32,000 nucleotides of DNA from Pyrodictium occultum. GTDB taxonomy: Archaea; Thermoproteota; Thermoprotei_A; Sulfolobales; Pyrodictiaceae. Position 1 is the stretch's first letter. Each line of letters starts with the position of its first letter. Below are positions 1 to 8,439 of this stretch, piece after piece. Position numbers and translations under genes: made by a program. The notes beneath the pieces are model-generated. The model worked only from the letters and a program-made list of their open reading frames with translations, did no database searches and was not told the DNA's origin. The stretch is from the NCBI RefSeq assembly GCF_001462395.1, contig NZ_LNTB01000001.1:810001-842000 (forward strand), read 5' to 3'.

Positions 1-275
1 GTCACATCCCTGCCCCCGACCAGCACGCGGCCCTCATCGGGCTCCAGCAGCCCTGCTATGGTGCGGAGCAGCGTTGTCTTCCCCGAGCCGCTGGGACCGA
101 GTACCACCAGGTAGCCCGCTTCCTCGAGGCCGAAGCTCACCCGGTGGAGAACCCTCCTACCCCCAAGGCTGACGCTGAGGCCCTCAACCCGTATGCCGTA
201 TGCCACAGCTCTCAGGGCCCAGGCTCTAGCAGCACTCTCCAGCCGAATAGGCTCAAAAGGCCGGTGGAGCGGCAT
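1..275 (-). CDS. ABC transporter ATP-binding protein, N-terminal fragment (gene continues off the left edge)
   Basis: Not in the ORF track because it runs off the edge. My reverse-strand translation reads MPLHRPFEPIRLESAARAWALRAVAYGIRVEGLSVSLGGRRVLHRVSFGLEEAGYLVVLGPSGSGKTTLLRTIAGLLEPDEGRVLVGGRDV. Walker A GPSGSGKTT is encoded at 72-98. ATG at 275-273. An in-frame GTG at 206-204 would give a more typical N-terminus (MAYGIRVEGLS...). Confidence 0.8.
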   Translation of the reverse strand, partial: MPLHRPFEPIRLESAARAWALRAVAYGIRVEGLSVSLGGRRVLHRVSFGLEEAGYLVVLGPSGSGKTTLLRTIAGLLEPDEGRVLVGGRDV

Positions 276-377
276 AGCCGCCGGCCCGGGGCGCAGGGCG
301 CCGGGGCCCTCGCGTCCATGGAGCCGGCTCGTCGCGGGCTGTGCTTGTCCACATCGTTCCACCCGGAAGATCCACCT

Positions 378-425
378 TAGGAGAAATTAAATTAGAATTA
401 AAGAAGAAGAAATTATTAATGGTAG
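378..425. promoter_or_regulatory. AT-rich divergent promoter region between the ABC gene and the KamA-like gene
   Basis: This is the only strongly AT-rich stretch in the 186-nt spacer (gagaaattaaattagaattaaagaagaagaaattattaatgg). The TATA-like aaattattaat lies about 45-50 nt upstream of the TTG start at 462. Confidence 0.4.
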
Positions 426-461
426 TGGTGCCCTCCAGGTAACATTGCAGGGTGGAGCAAC

Positions 462-2369
462 TTGGCCTCTATATTGCAGAGCCACTACGGGCACTACGAT
501 TACTCCCGTATACACAGCACGGACGTGCCCCTCCAGGTAGTGAAGCCGGCCACCAGCATAGACCTGGAGGGGTTCCTCTGGAGGGAGGACCCCAGTATAA
601 AGGAGATATTGGCCTCCTCGAGCAGCCTCGAGGAGGCCAGGAGGAGCCTATTCCTCTACCTAAACCAGCTCGAGTGGCGCCTCTACAGCGGCGAGGATAA
701 GCTCCACCCCCTAGTGGAGGCCGTGGCGAGGGACGCTATACGCGTATTCAAGAACATAATATCGCCTAGGAACGAGAAGCTGACCGGCTACAGCGCCCTC
801 TACTGTCTCTGGAGGCTCGCCCGGGAGGGGAGAGCGGCCGCCAGGGAGGTTGACGAGGGCTTCGTATACGAGTTCAAGCACCTATTCAAGGCTATAAACG
901 GGAGGCCGGACATCTACCCCGCCAAGTACGCGGAGGGCCTGGAACAGGTAGACTTCACCAGGATAAAGGGCCGCAGGGCCGGCATAGCCAGGAGCAACTA
1001 CCTCGACGAACTCGCCAGGAGGGTTAGGGAGTACCTCAAACGCTACCCCAGCGGCCTCGACCCGGAGGTGGTGAAGCGGAGGCGGAGGAATGTCGAGAGG
1101 ATACTCCAGGTGCTGGGAGGCTCGCCCGACGATTGGAGAGACTACCGCTGGCACTTCCGCAACGCGCTCAAGGGCCGCCGCGGGATAAAGGTGCTGCGAG
1201 AGCTCCTTGGCCTCGAGGGCGAGGACCTGGAGGCGCTCACCAAGGCCCTGGAGCACCGTGTACCCTTCGGCATAACCCCCTACTACCTCCACCTCTTCGA
1301 CCTCGACAGCCCGTGGAGCCACGACCACCAGGTGAGGAGGCAGGTCCTCCCACCGCTCCACTACGTGAAGACGATGATAGAGCATAGGGATGACAGGGAG
1401 TACTACTTCGACTTCATGGGGGAGCACGACACCAGCCCCCACCCCTTGATAACTCGCCGCTACCCGATGGTGGCTATACTCAAGGCGGCTAACACCTGCC
1501 CGCAGATATGCGTCTACTGCCAGCGCAACTGGGAGATAGTGACCGCCCTAGACCCCCAGGGGATACCCGCCAGGAAGCTGATAGATAAGGCGATAGACTG
1601 GTTCGCGGAGCACCCGGAGATAAGGGATGTACTGGTAACCGGCGGCGACTCTATGATACTCGATGACGCCACTATAGAGCATATAGTGAAGAGGCTCTCC
1701 GAGCTGGACCACGTGGAGCTGATAAGGATAGGCACGAGGATACTCGTAACAGTGCCCTTCAGGATAACCGAGGAGCTGGCCGAGATGCTTGGCAGCTACG
1801 TCGAGCCCGGCAAGAGGGTGATAAGCATCTCGACCCACGTGGAGTCCGCCTACGAGGTCACGCCCGAGATGGCTGAGGCCGTCTACAAGCTCCGCCGCAA
1901 CGGGATAATGGTGTACAACCAGCAGGTCTACACCTTCTGGGTGAGCCGCCGCTTCGAGACGGTGGCGCTGAGAATAGCCCTCAAGAAGGCCGGGATAGAC
2001 CCCTACTACACCTTCTACCCCAAGGGCAAGTGGGAGACCAAGGACTACCTCGTGCCGGTGGCCAGGATACTCCAGGAGAGGAAGGAGGAGGCCCGCCTCC
2101 TCCCAGGAACCTTCCGGACCGAGGAACCGGTGTTCAACGTGCCGAGGCTCGGCAAGAACCATCTCCGCGCCGGCCAGGACCACGAGTTGATAATGATAAG
2201 GCCTGACGGCCGCCGCGTCTACCTCTGGCACCCCTGGGAGAAGAACATCCAGCTGGTGGACCCCTACATATACACCGACATGGTATCGATAAAGATGTAT
2301 CTAGACAAGCTCCGGGAGGTGTTCGGCGAGGACCCCGAGGACTACAAAAGCATATGGTACTACTACTAG
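462..2369 (+). CDS. KamA-family radical SAM protein (lysine 2,3-aminomutase-like), long form with N-terminal extension
   Basis: ORF track, 635 aa, TTG start. RRYPMVAILKAANTCPQICVYCQRNWE carries the KamA-type CxxxCxxC motif. It is preceded by the family segment FGITPYYLHLFDL...RRQVLPP. The Cys motif is at about residue 345, versus about 125-135 in canonical aminomutases. Confidence 0.85.
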   Translation: MASILQSHYGHYDYSRIHSTDVPLQVVKPATSIDLEGFLWREDPSIKEILASSSSLEEARRSLFLYLNQLEWRLYSGEDKLHPLVEAVARDAIRVFKNIISPRNEKLTGYSALYCLWRLAREGRAAAREVDEGFVYEFKHLFKAINGRPDIYPAKYAEGLEQVDFTRIKGRRAGIARSNYLDELARRVREYLKRYPSGLDPEVVKRRRRNVERILQVLGGSPDDWRDYRWHFRNALKGRRGIKVLRELLGLEGEDLEALTKALEHRVPFGITPYYLHLFDLDSPWSHDHQVRRQVLPPLHYVKTMIEHRDDREYYFDFMGEHDTSPHPLITRRYPMVAILKAANTCPQICVYCQRNWEIVTALDPQGIPARKLIDKAIDWFAEHPEIRDVLVTGGDSMILDDATIEHIVKRLSELDHVELIRIGTRILVTVPFRITEELAEMLGSYVEPGKRVISISTHVESAYEVTPEMAEAVYKLRRNGIMVYNQQVYTFWVSRRFETVALRIALKKAGIDPYYTFYPKGKWETKDYLVPVARILQERKEEARLLPGTFRTEEPVFNVPRLGKNHLRAGQDHELIMIRPDGRRVYLWHPWEKNIQLVDPYIYTDMVSIKMYLDKLREVFGEDPEDYKSIWYYY

Positions 2370-2869
2370 GCATCTAGCGCAGGGCTCGGCCCCTGCAAGG
2401 CGCCATTGTCCCGACTTTTCCGCGCGCATTCCTCTCCCCGCCCTTCTCCCAGGCCCCCCTTACTGGCGAACGCTTCTCCAGCTCCTATGGCCTGGAAGCA
2501 ACACAGTAGTTAGGAGGGATCCCGGCGGGGCGGCTTCAGAACGTTCGGCGACAACGCATGGTAACTGCGGAACCTGGCCTTTCCCCCTGCTCTCTGGCCC
2601 GGATACCGGATCCATTATGCACTAGGCGCTTCGGGATCCGTTCTAGGCTGGGAGGGGTGCGGGTTACACGAGCAGAGGTGCGGAAACAGTAGCTGTGAAG
2701 CATCTCCGCCGGCCAGGAGTCCGGCGCCCATTACCGGCATATTATTAGCTGGTGGATCGGCTGAGGCCCTCTGTCCCCGGGTTGCAGGAGCGGGGCCTGC
2801 CGCCGTCCTGGAGCCCCGCCGCCACGCCATCGGGGGTGGTGCGGGTTTACGGAGGTAGCGGGGCTGGAG

Positions 2870-4156
2870 TTGTACCGGGACGTATTCCCCCGGGGGGAGC
2901 CTCCTCGAATACTGTTCGATGGCGGGGCTCCCCGCTGGTTTGAGCCGGACCGGATAGCCGTCACCGATACCACGCTGAGGGATGGGCAGCAGGGCTGGAG
3001 GCCGATAACCGTCGAGGAGGGGCTGAGGATATATGAGCTGCTCGTCGAGCTCGGCGGCCGCGGCTCGATAGTGTCCACCGAGCTGTTCCTCTACACGCCT
3101 AGGGACCGGGAGCTGGCCAGGAAGATAATAGAGTATGGCGTCGAGTACCCGAGGCCCATAGGCTGGATAAGGGCCACTATGAACGACCTGAAGCTGGTCG
3201 TGGAGGCAGGTCTTGAGGAGACGACGCTACTTACTAGTATAAGCGACTACCACATCTACTACAAGTTCGGCGTTACAAGGGAGAGGGCGTTCGAGAAGTA
3301 TCTCTCGGTCGTCGAGGAGGCTATGAAGCGGGGCATAGTGGTGCGCTGCACACTGGAGGACGCTACAAGGGCCAGCCTCGAGAAGAACGTACTGCCCTTC
3401 GTGGAGAGGCTTATGAGGCTCAGCGAGCGCTACGGTGTGGACTTCCGCGTGAAGGTGGCCGACACCCTGGGCCTGGGGCTCCCCTTCCCGGAGGTCCCGC
3501 CTCCACGCGGCGTGCCTGCCCTGGTGTCGGCGCTGCGGGAGGCCGGGCTACGGGCCGACCAGATAGAGTTTCATGGCCACAACGATCTGGGCCTTGTTGT
3601 GGCGAACCACCTGGCTGCCTGGATCTACGGGGCGGGGCTGAGCAACTGCACACTGCTAGGTATAGGGGAGAGGGCTGGGAACTGCCCGCTCGAGGTGATG
3701 CTGCTCCACTACGCCGGGCTCACCGGCCGCCTCGACAGGGTGAACCTCAAGGCGCTCCCCAGGGTGGTGGAGACGCTGGAGGCGATGGGCTATCAGGTAC
3801 CCGAGTACCAGCCGCTGGTCGGGAGGAACGCCTTCCGCACCAAGGCGGGGGTGCATATAGACGGGCTGCTGAAGAACCCGGAGGTCTACCTCCCCTTCGA
3901 CCCCGCCATAGTGGGGAGGAAGGCCGAGGTGGCGGTCACCGCCTACGGGGGCCGCGCGGCGGTCCTCATGTGGCTCCGCAGCAGGCTCCCCAGGGAGGCC
4001 GCCGAGCGGCTGAGCAAGAACGATCCCAGGGTGGAGGCGGTCTATAGGGAGGTTGTGAGGGTGTTTGATGAGAGCGGCCGCCACACGCCGCTCAGCGACG
4101 AGGAAATGGAGAGGATTGCCGCACGCTACTTCCCGGAGCTAGGGGGCCGGGACTAG
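2870..4156 (+). CDS. 2-isopropylmalate / homocitrate / citramalate synthase family protein (HMGL-like aldolase-type TIM barrel); substrate not assignable
   Basis: ORF track, 428 aa, TTG start. Motifs: IAVTDTTLRDGQQGW and EFHGHNDLGLVVANHLAA (HxH metal site). It is too short to carry the LeuA C-terminal regulatory domain. Confidence 0.85.
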   Translation: MYRDVFPRGEPPRILFDGGAPRWFEPDRIAVTDTTLRDGQQGWRPITVEEGLRIYELLVELGGRGSIVSTELFLYTPRDRELARKIIEYGVEYPRPIGWIRATMNDLKLVVEAGLEETTLLTSISDYHIYYKFGVTRERAFEKYLSVVEEAMKRGIVVRCTLEDATRASLEKNVLPFVERLMRLSERYGVDFRVKVADTLGLGLPFPEVPPPRGVPALVSALREAGLRADQIEFHGHNDLGLVVANHLAAWIYGAGLSNCTLLGIGERAGNCPLEVMLLHYAGLTGRLDRVNLKALPRVVETLEAMGYQVPEYQPLVGRNAFRTKAGVHIDGLLKNPEVYLPFDPAIVGRKAEVAVTAYGGRAAVLMWLRSRLPREAAERLSKNDPRVEAVYREVVRVFDESGRHTPLSDEEMERIAARYFPELGGRD

Positions 4157-4331
4157 CCCCTCCACACTTGTTCCATGCAGGGTTTACCGTGTGCGCGGAG
4201 TTATAAGGGTGGGCGCGTCCGCAGGCCGCCGCGGGCACCATCCCGTGCATGCCTCTGCGCACGGCCCAATGTCATGGAGGGTGTGAGCCTCCGGAAGCAT
4301 AGGGTGATGGCCTGAGGAGAGGTGTTGCGGG

Positions 4332-5645
4332 TTGGGCAGCGGTCTAACCCTCACCGAGAAGCTGTTCAAGGGCAAGCTCGGCAGGGTGCCCGAGAGGGGA
4401 GAGATAGCAGTAGTCCCGGTGGACCTTGTCTACGCCCATGACGGCACCTTCACACTGGCCCTGGAGGTCATGAAGAAGACGCAGCTGCTCGACAGGATAT
4501 TCGACCCGGATAAGGTGGCGCTCTTCATAGACCATGCAGCGCCGCCGCCGACTGTGGCGGCCGCAATGGTCCACGAGGTGATGCGGAGGTTCGCCAGGGA
4601 GCGCGGCGTGAGGTTCTACGACGTCGGCACCGGGATATGCCACCAGGTGGTCGCGGACGAGGCGCTGGCGCGGCCGGGCATGTTCATCGTCGGCGCTGAC
4701 AGCCACACGGTGACCGGGGGCGCTTTCGCAGCCTTCGCCACGGGTGTGGGGAGCACGGACGCGGCTGTAGCCATGGCTACTGGGAAGATATGGCTCCGTG
4801 TCCCCGAGCAGGTGCGGGTCCGGCTCTCAGGCGAGCCTCCCGGCTACATAATGGGCAAGGATATCGTGCTCAGCATTATAGGCAAGGTGGGCTCCGACGG
4901 CATGATATACAAGGCCGCGGAGTTCCAGGGCGAGGGGCTCAAGAGTATATCGATGGACTCGAGGATGACTATAAGCAACATGTCCGTTGAGATGGGGGCT
5001 AAGGTGGGCCTCTTCCCCTCCGACGACGTCACGGTGGAGTGGTTCCGCGGTGTCCACGGCCTAGAGGTGCCTAGGCTGGAGCCCGACCCCGGCGCCGACT
5101 ACGACGACGAGCTGGAGGTGGAGCTGCCTAGCCTGGAGCCCGTGGTGGCGGCGCCACCGAACGTGGACAACGTAAAGCCCGTGAGGGAGGTTGAGGGTGT
5201 CGAGGTCAACCAGGTGTTCATAGGGAGCTGCACCAACGGCCGCTACGAGGACTACGTGGCGGCCGCGAGGATACTGAAGGGCCGGAGAGTGAAGGAGGGG
5301 GTGCGCTGCATAGCCATACCCGCGTCCAGGAAGGTCTACGAGAGACTCCTCCGCAACGGGGTCATAGACATACTGGTCAAGGCGGGCTGCTTCGTAGCCT
5401 TCGGCACCTGCGGCCCCTGCATAGGCGCCCACCTGGGCCTCCTCGGCGAGGGCGAGGTGGCGGTATCGACGAGCAACAGGAACTTCCCAGGCCGCATGGG
5501 CCACAAGGACTCAAGGATATACCTGGCCAGCCCCGCCACGGCGGCCGCGGCGGCGGCGACGGGGAGGATAACCGACCCCCGCGAGCTGCTGCCCCCGGAC
5601 GCAAGGCTCATGGTTGTTGACCCTAGCTACAGCTACAAGCCCTAA
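4332..5645 (+). CDS. 3-isopropylmalate dehydratase / homoaconitase large subunit (aconitase family, LeuC/HacA type)
   Basis: ORF track, 437 aa, TTG start, GAGGTG-like SD just upstream. Motifs: VGADSHTVTGG, FIGSCTNGRYED and GTCGPCIG (Fe-S cluster Cys ligands). Confidence 0.9.
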   Translation: MGSGLTLTEKLFKGKLGRVPERGEIAVVPVDLVYAHDGTFTLALEVMKKTQLLDRIFDPDKVALFIDHAAPPPTVAAAMVHEVMRRFARERGVRFYDVGTGICHQVVADEALARPGMFIVGADSHTVTGGAFAAFATGVGSTDAAVAMATGKIWLRVPEQVRVRLSGEPPGYIMGKDIVLSIIGKVGSDGMIYKAAEFQGEGLKSISMDSRMTISNMSVEMGAKVGLFPSDDVTVEWFRGVHGLEVPRLEPDPGADYDDELEVELPSLEPVVAAPPNVDNVKPVREVEGVEVNQVFIGSCTNGRYEDYVAAARILKGRRVKEGVRCIAIPASRKVYERLLRNGVIDILVKAGCFVAFGTCGPCIGAHLGLLGEGEVAVSTSNRNFPGRMGHKDSRIYLASPATAAAAAATGRITDPRELLPPDARLMVVDPSYSYKP

Positions 5646-5655
5646 GCCCTCTGCC

Positions 5656-6186
5656 ATGGAGGTGTCGAGCGGCATGGCCCGGGTCATACGTGGGAGGGCG
5701 TGGGTCCTCGGGGACAATATAAGCACGGACCACATAATAAGCGGGAAGTACAAGTTCGCTAAGATAAATAGGCTAGAGGACATGCTGCCCTACGTGTTGG
5801 AGGAGGTCATACCAGGCTTCTACAAGAAGCTCAGGCCCGGCGACGTGATTGTGGCGGGCCGGGGCTTCGGCTACGGCAGCAGCAGGGAGCACGCGCCGAG
5901 GCTCCTCAAACTAGCCGGCGTAGGAGCGGTGCTCGCCAAGAGCTTCCACAGGATATTCTACAGGAACTCGATAAACATAGGCCTCCCGGTGATAGTGGTC
6001 AGGAAGCTGCCCGACGTGACCAGGCAGGGCGACAAGGTGGAGGTGGACCTGGAGGCGGGCGTGGCGAGGAACCTCACCAGGGGGGTGGAGGAGAGGTTCC
6101 AGCCCCCGCCGGCCAGGCTCCTAGAGATACTCGAGGCCGGGGGCATAGTGGAGTACATACGGAAGACCGGCAGGCTCCCCTGGTGA
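5656..6186 (+). CDS. 3-isopropylmalate dehydratase / homoaconitase small subunit (LeuD/HacB type)
   Basis: Track ORF is 5614..6186, but its first 14 codons overlap the large-subunit gene. The first ATG after that gene's stop (5643-5645) is 5656; a second ATG is at 5674. Motifs: VLGDNISTDHIISGKY and GRGFGYGSSREHAP. Confidence 0.85.
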   Translation: MEVSSGMARVIRGRAWVLGDNISTDHIISGKYKFAKINRLEDMLPYVLEEVIPGFYKKLRPGDVIVAGRGFGYGSSREHAPRLLKLAGVGAVLAKSFHRIFYRNSINIGLPVIVVRKLPDVTRQGDKVEVDLEAGVARNLTRGVEERFQPPPARLLEILEAGGIVEYIRKTGRLPW

Positions 6187-6193
6187 AGGCCTC

Positions 6194-7222
6194 ATGCCAC
6201 GCCGCTACCACGTGGTGGTCATACCCGGCGACGGGATAGGCCCGGAGGTCGTAGCGGCCGCCCGCCGGGTGATAGAGCCCCTCGGCTTCTTCGAGCTAGA
6301 GGAGCTGGAGGCGGGGCTAGCCTACTACAAGCGGACAGGCCGGCCATACCCCGACGACTTCCTCGACCGGCTACGCGCCGCCGACGCGGTGCTGAAGGGG
6401 CCCCTCGCAACCCCCGTGGGCCCTGGGGGCTACAGGAGCATCAACGTCTTCATCAGGCAGAGCCTGGACCTCTACGCCAACCTTAGGCCCTGCCGCGGCT
6501 ACCCCGGCGTCTCCCCCAGAGTGTTCAACATGGTTATAGTGAGAGAGAACACCGAGGGCCTCTACACCGGGATCGAGGGCTCGTTCCGCGACCAGGCGGT
6601 GGCGCTGAAGATAGTGACGCGCAGGGGCTCCGAGAGGATAGCGAGGTTCGCCCTTGACTACGCGTCTAGGAAGGGCTACAGGAGGATCACAGCAGTCCAC
6701 AAGGCCAACATACTCAAGCTGAGCGACGGCCTCTTCCTCGAGGCCTTCCGGGAGCTGGCCAGGGAGTACCCGGGGATAGAGGCGGACGACATGATAGTCG
6801 ACGCCGCAGCCTACAACATGGCGCGGACGCCGGAGCGCTTCCAGGTAATAGTGACCCTCAACCTGTACGGCGACATACTCAGCGACCTCGCCGCGGGGCT
6901 CGCCGGCAGCCTGGGGCTATGCGGCTCCGGCCAGATAGGGGAGCGCTACGCCGTCTTCGAGCCGGTCCATGGGGCGGGCTTCGACATAGCCGGTAAGGGG
7001 GTGGCGAACCCCGTGGCGGCAATCCACGCCGCCCGGCTCATGATGGAGCACCTGGCCGAGAGGCACGGCGACCGGAGGCTGGCGGAGGCGGCTGAGAAGC
7101 TGGACCAGGCGGTGGAGAAGACGCTGGTCGAGGACCGCGTGCTCACTCCGGACCTAGGCGGCACAGCCAAGACGATGGATGTGGCCGAGAACGTGGCCCG
7201 AAGGCTTGGAGAGATGCTCTAG
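6194..7222 (+). CDS. Isopropylmalate / homoisocitrate / isocitrate dehydrogenase family (beta-decarboxylating dehydrogenase)
   Basis: ORF track, 342 aa. Motifs: VVIPGDGIGPEV, NLYGDILSDLAAGLAGSLG and FEPVHGAGFDIAGKGVANP. It starts 8 nt after the small-subunit stop. Confidence 0.9.
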   Translation: MPRRYHVVVIPGDGIGPEVVAAARRVIEPLGFFELEELEAGLAYYKRTGRPYPDDFLDRLRAADAVLKGPLATPVGPGGYRSINVFIRQSLDLYANLRPCRGYPGVSPRVFNMVIVRENTEGLYTGIEGSFRDQAVALKIVTRRGSERIARFALDYASRKGYRRITAVHKANILKLSDGLFLEAFRELAREYPGIEADDMIVDAAAYNMARTPERFQVIVTLNLYGDILSDLAAGLAGSLGLCGSGQIGERYAVFEPVHGAGFDIAGKGVANPVAAIHAARLMMEHLAERHGDRRLAEAAEKLDQAVEKTLVEDRVLTPDLGGTAKTMDVAENVARRLGEML

Positions 7223-7266
7223 GAGCACCCCCGGGCCGCCTCCCCGGGTTTAAACCCCTGGGGCTA

Positions 7267-8031
7267 GTGCACCCCTCCTCCCCGGTGCTTGGCGCTGTGC
7301 ACCCCATCCTAGAGGCTCTGGGCCGCCGGCCCTTCGCCGTGGTGGGCCACCGTGGGGCGAAGGGCCTGGCGCCCGAGAACACGCTGGCGGCGCTCCGCAG
7401 GGCGGTGGAGGCCGGGGCTGATATAGCGGAGTTCGACATGCAGGTCACGGCTGATGGCCGCGTCGTGGCCTCCCACGACCCGGTTATCAAGGGCGTCGAC
7501 GACAGGACCCTGAACGTGAGGAAGGCCAGCCTGGACGAGGTCAAGGCGGTGGACCTGGGCGGAGGCGAGCATCCGCCGACCCTGGAGGAGCTGCTGGCCG
7601 AGGCTCGTGGCAGGATCCTCCTCTTCCTGGAGGTCAAGGAGCCCGGGGACACGGGGCGCGTGCTGGAGGTGGTGAGGAGGGAGAAGGCGGTGGACATGGT
7701 GGCGCTGATAAGCTTCCACGACGAGGCCCTCCTCGAGGCCAGGAGGCTGGAGCCGGGGCTGCCCACGGGGATAGTCTACTTCAAGCCCCCGGGCAGGATC
7801 CTCGACTGCCGCAGGCTGGGCTGCAGGATAGTCCTCCCCCGCTACCCCCTGGCCACGGAGAAGGCTGCGGCCCTCGCCCACCGCCTCGGCCTTCGCGTCG
7901 TAGCCTGGACGGTGAACGAGGAGCGCTGGATCCTAGAGCTGGCCCGCCGCGGGGTGGACGGGATAGCCACCGACTACCCAGACATGGCGGCAGCTGTGAG
8001 AAGCCGGCTGGCCGCCGGGCAGGCGGGGTAG
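7267..8031 (+). CDS. Glycerophosphodiester phosphodiesterase (GDPD family)
   Basis: ORF track, 254 aa. VVGHRGAKGLAPENTLAALRRAVEAGADIAEFDMQVTADGRVVASHD matches the GDPD HR(G)..ENT..E.D...T.D signature. The start codon is uncertain. Confidence 0.85.
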   Translation: MHPSSPVLGAVHPILEALGRRPFAVVGHRGAKGLAPENTLAALRRAVEAGADIAEFDMQVTADGRVVASHDPVIKGVDDRTLNVRKASLDEVKAVDLGGGEHPPTLEELLAEARGRILLFLEVKEPGDTGRVLEVVRREKAVDMVALISFHDEALLEARRLEPGLPTGIVYFKPPGRILDCRRLGCRIVLPRYPLATEKAAALAHRLGLRVVAWTVNEERWILELARRGVDGIATDYPDMAAAVRSRLAAGQAG

Positions 8032-8274
8032 CCCTCATTGGGGCCTGGGGCCCGGTTCCCTGGCCTAAGGAGCCTCCTCAGCCTCTCCACGAGATTCTCC
8101 ACGTCCCTGACGCCATCTCTCACCATCTCCGCGGGGAGCCAGTTCTCGTAGAAGTCCTTCTCCGCTCGAAGGGGGCTCGGCCCCGCGCGCCCCTTTGGGT
8201 CCCGTGTGCCTACTGCAGGACTGTTCGCCCTTATACCCCCGCCGGGGCGATGGCGCCTGGACGGGGTGGCGGGT

Positions 8275-8439
8275 GTGAGCCGGAAGCTGCGCATGATAAG
8301 GAGGCTTGAGAGGCACCTACGCAAACACCCGAATGACCGGGTGGCTCGAGAGATACTGGAGGCGCTCCGGGAGGGCCGCTACGAGTGGAGGGGCCGCAGC
8401 CTCGTAGTCAAGCCCGCGGGGGAGCAGCAGTCCTCCTAG
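8275..8439 (+). CDS. Small basic hypothetical protein (54 aa from GTG 8275; ATG alternative at 8293)
   Basis: Track ORF is 8206..8439. The plausible coding part is VSRKLRMIRRLERHLRKHPNDRVAREILEALREGRYEWRGRSLVVKPAGEQQSS, with host-like codons (agg, ata). A TATA-like ccttatacc at 8229-8237 lies about 40 nt upstream of GTG 8275. No family recognised. Confidence 0.35.
   Translation: MSRKLRMIRRLERHLRKHPNDRVAREILEALREGRYEWRGRSLVVKPAGEQQSS

Noticed and set aside
2500-2760. Possible SRP RNA or RNase P RNA in the 500-nt spacer (ccaggagtccggcgcc resembles the GGAAAGUCCGG / CAGGUCCGGAAGG cores)
   Set aside because: The flanking conserved elements are absent or in the wrong order. That applies to AAGGAAGCAGCC for SRP helix 8, and to the ACAGAA..GGCUUA 3' strand of P4 downstream for RNase P. 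No C/D box (TGATGA...CTGA) is present either. This remains an unexplained spacer only.
5614-5655. Track start (5614) for the dehydratase small subunit
   Set aside because: It would overlap the large-subunit gene by 32 nt and add a non-conserved MLTLATATSPKPSA. The ATG at 5656 follows the upstream stop directly.
7974-8324. 116-aa minus-strand ORF (contains EKDFYENWLPAEMVRDGVRDVENLVERLRRLLRP)
   Set aside because: It overlaps the GDPD 3' end by 58 nt and overlaps the + strand small ORF. It has a low-complexity N-terminal half and no convincing start or promoter. I cannot exclude a short real gene within 8040-8200.
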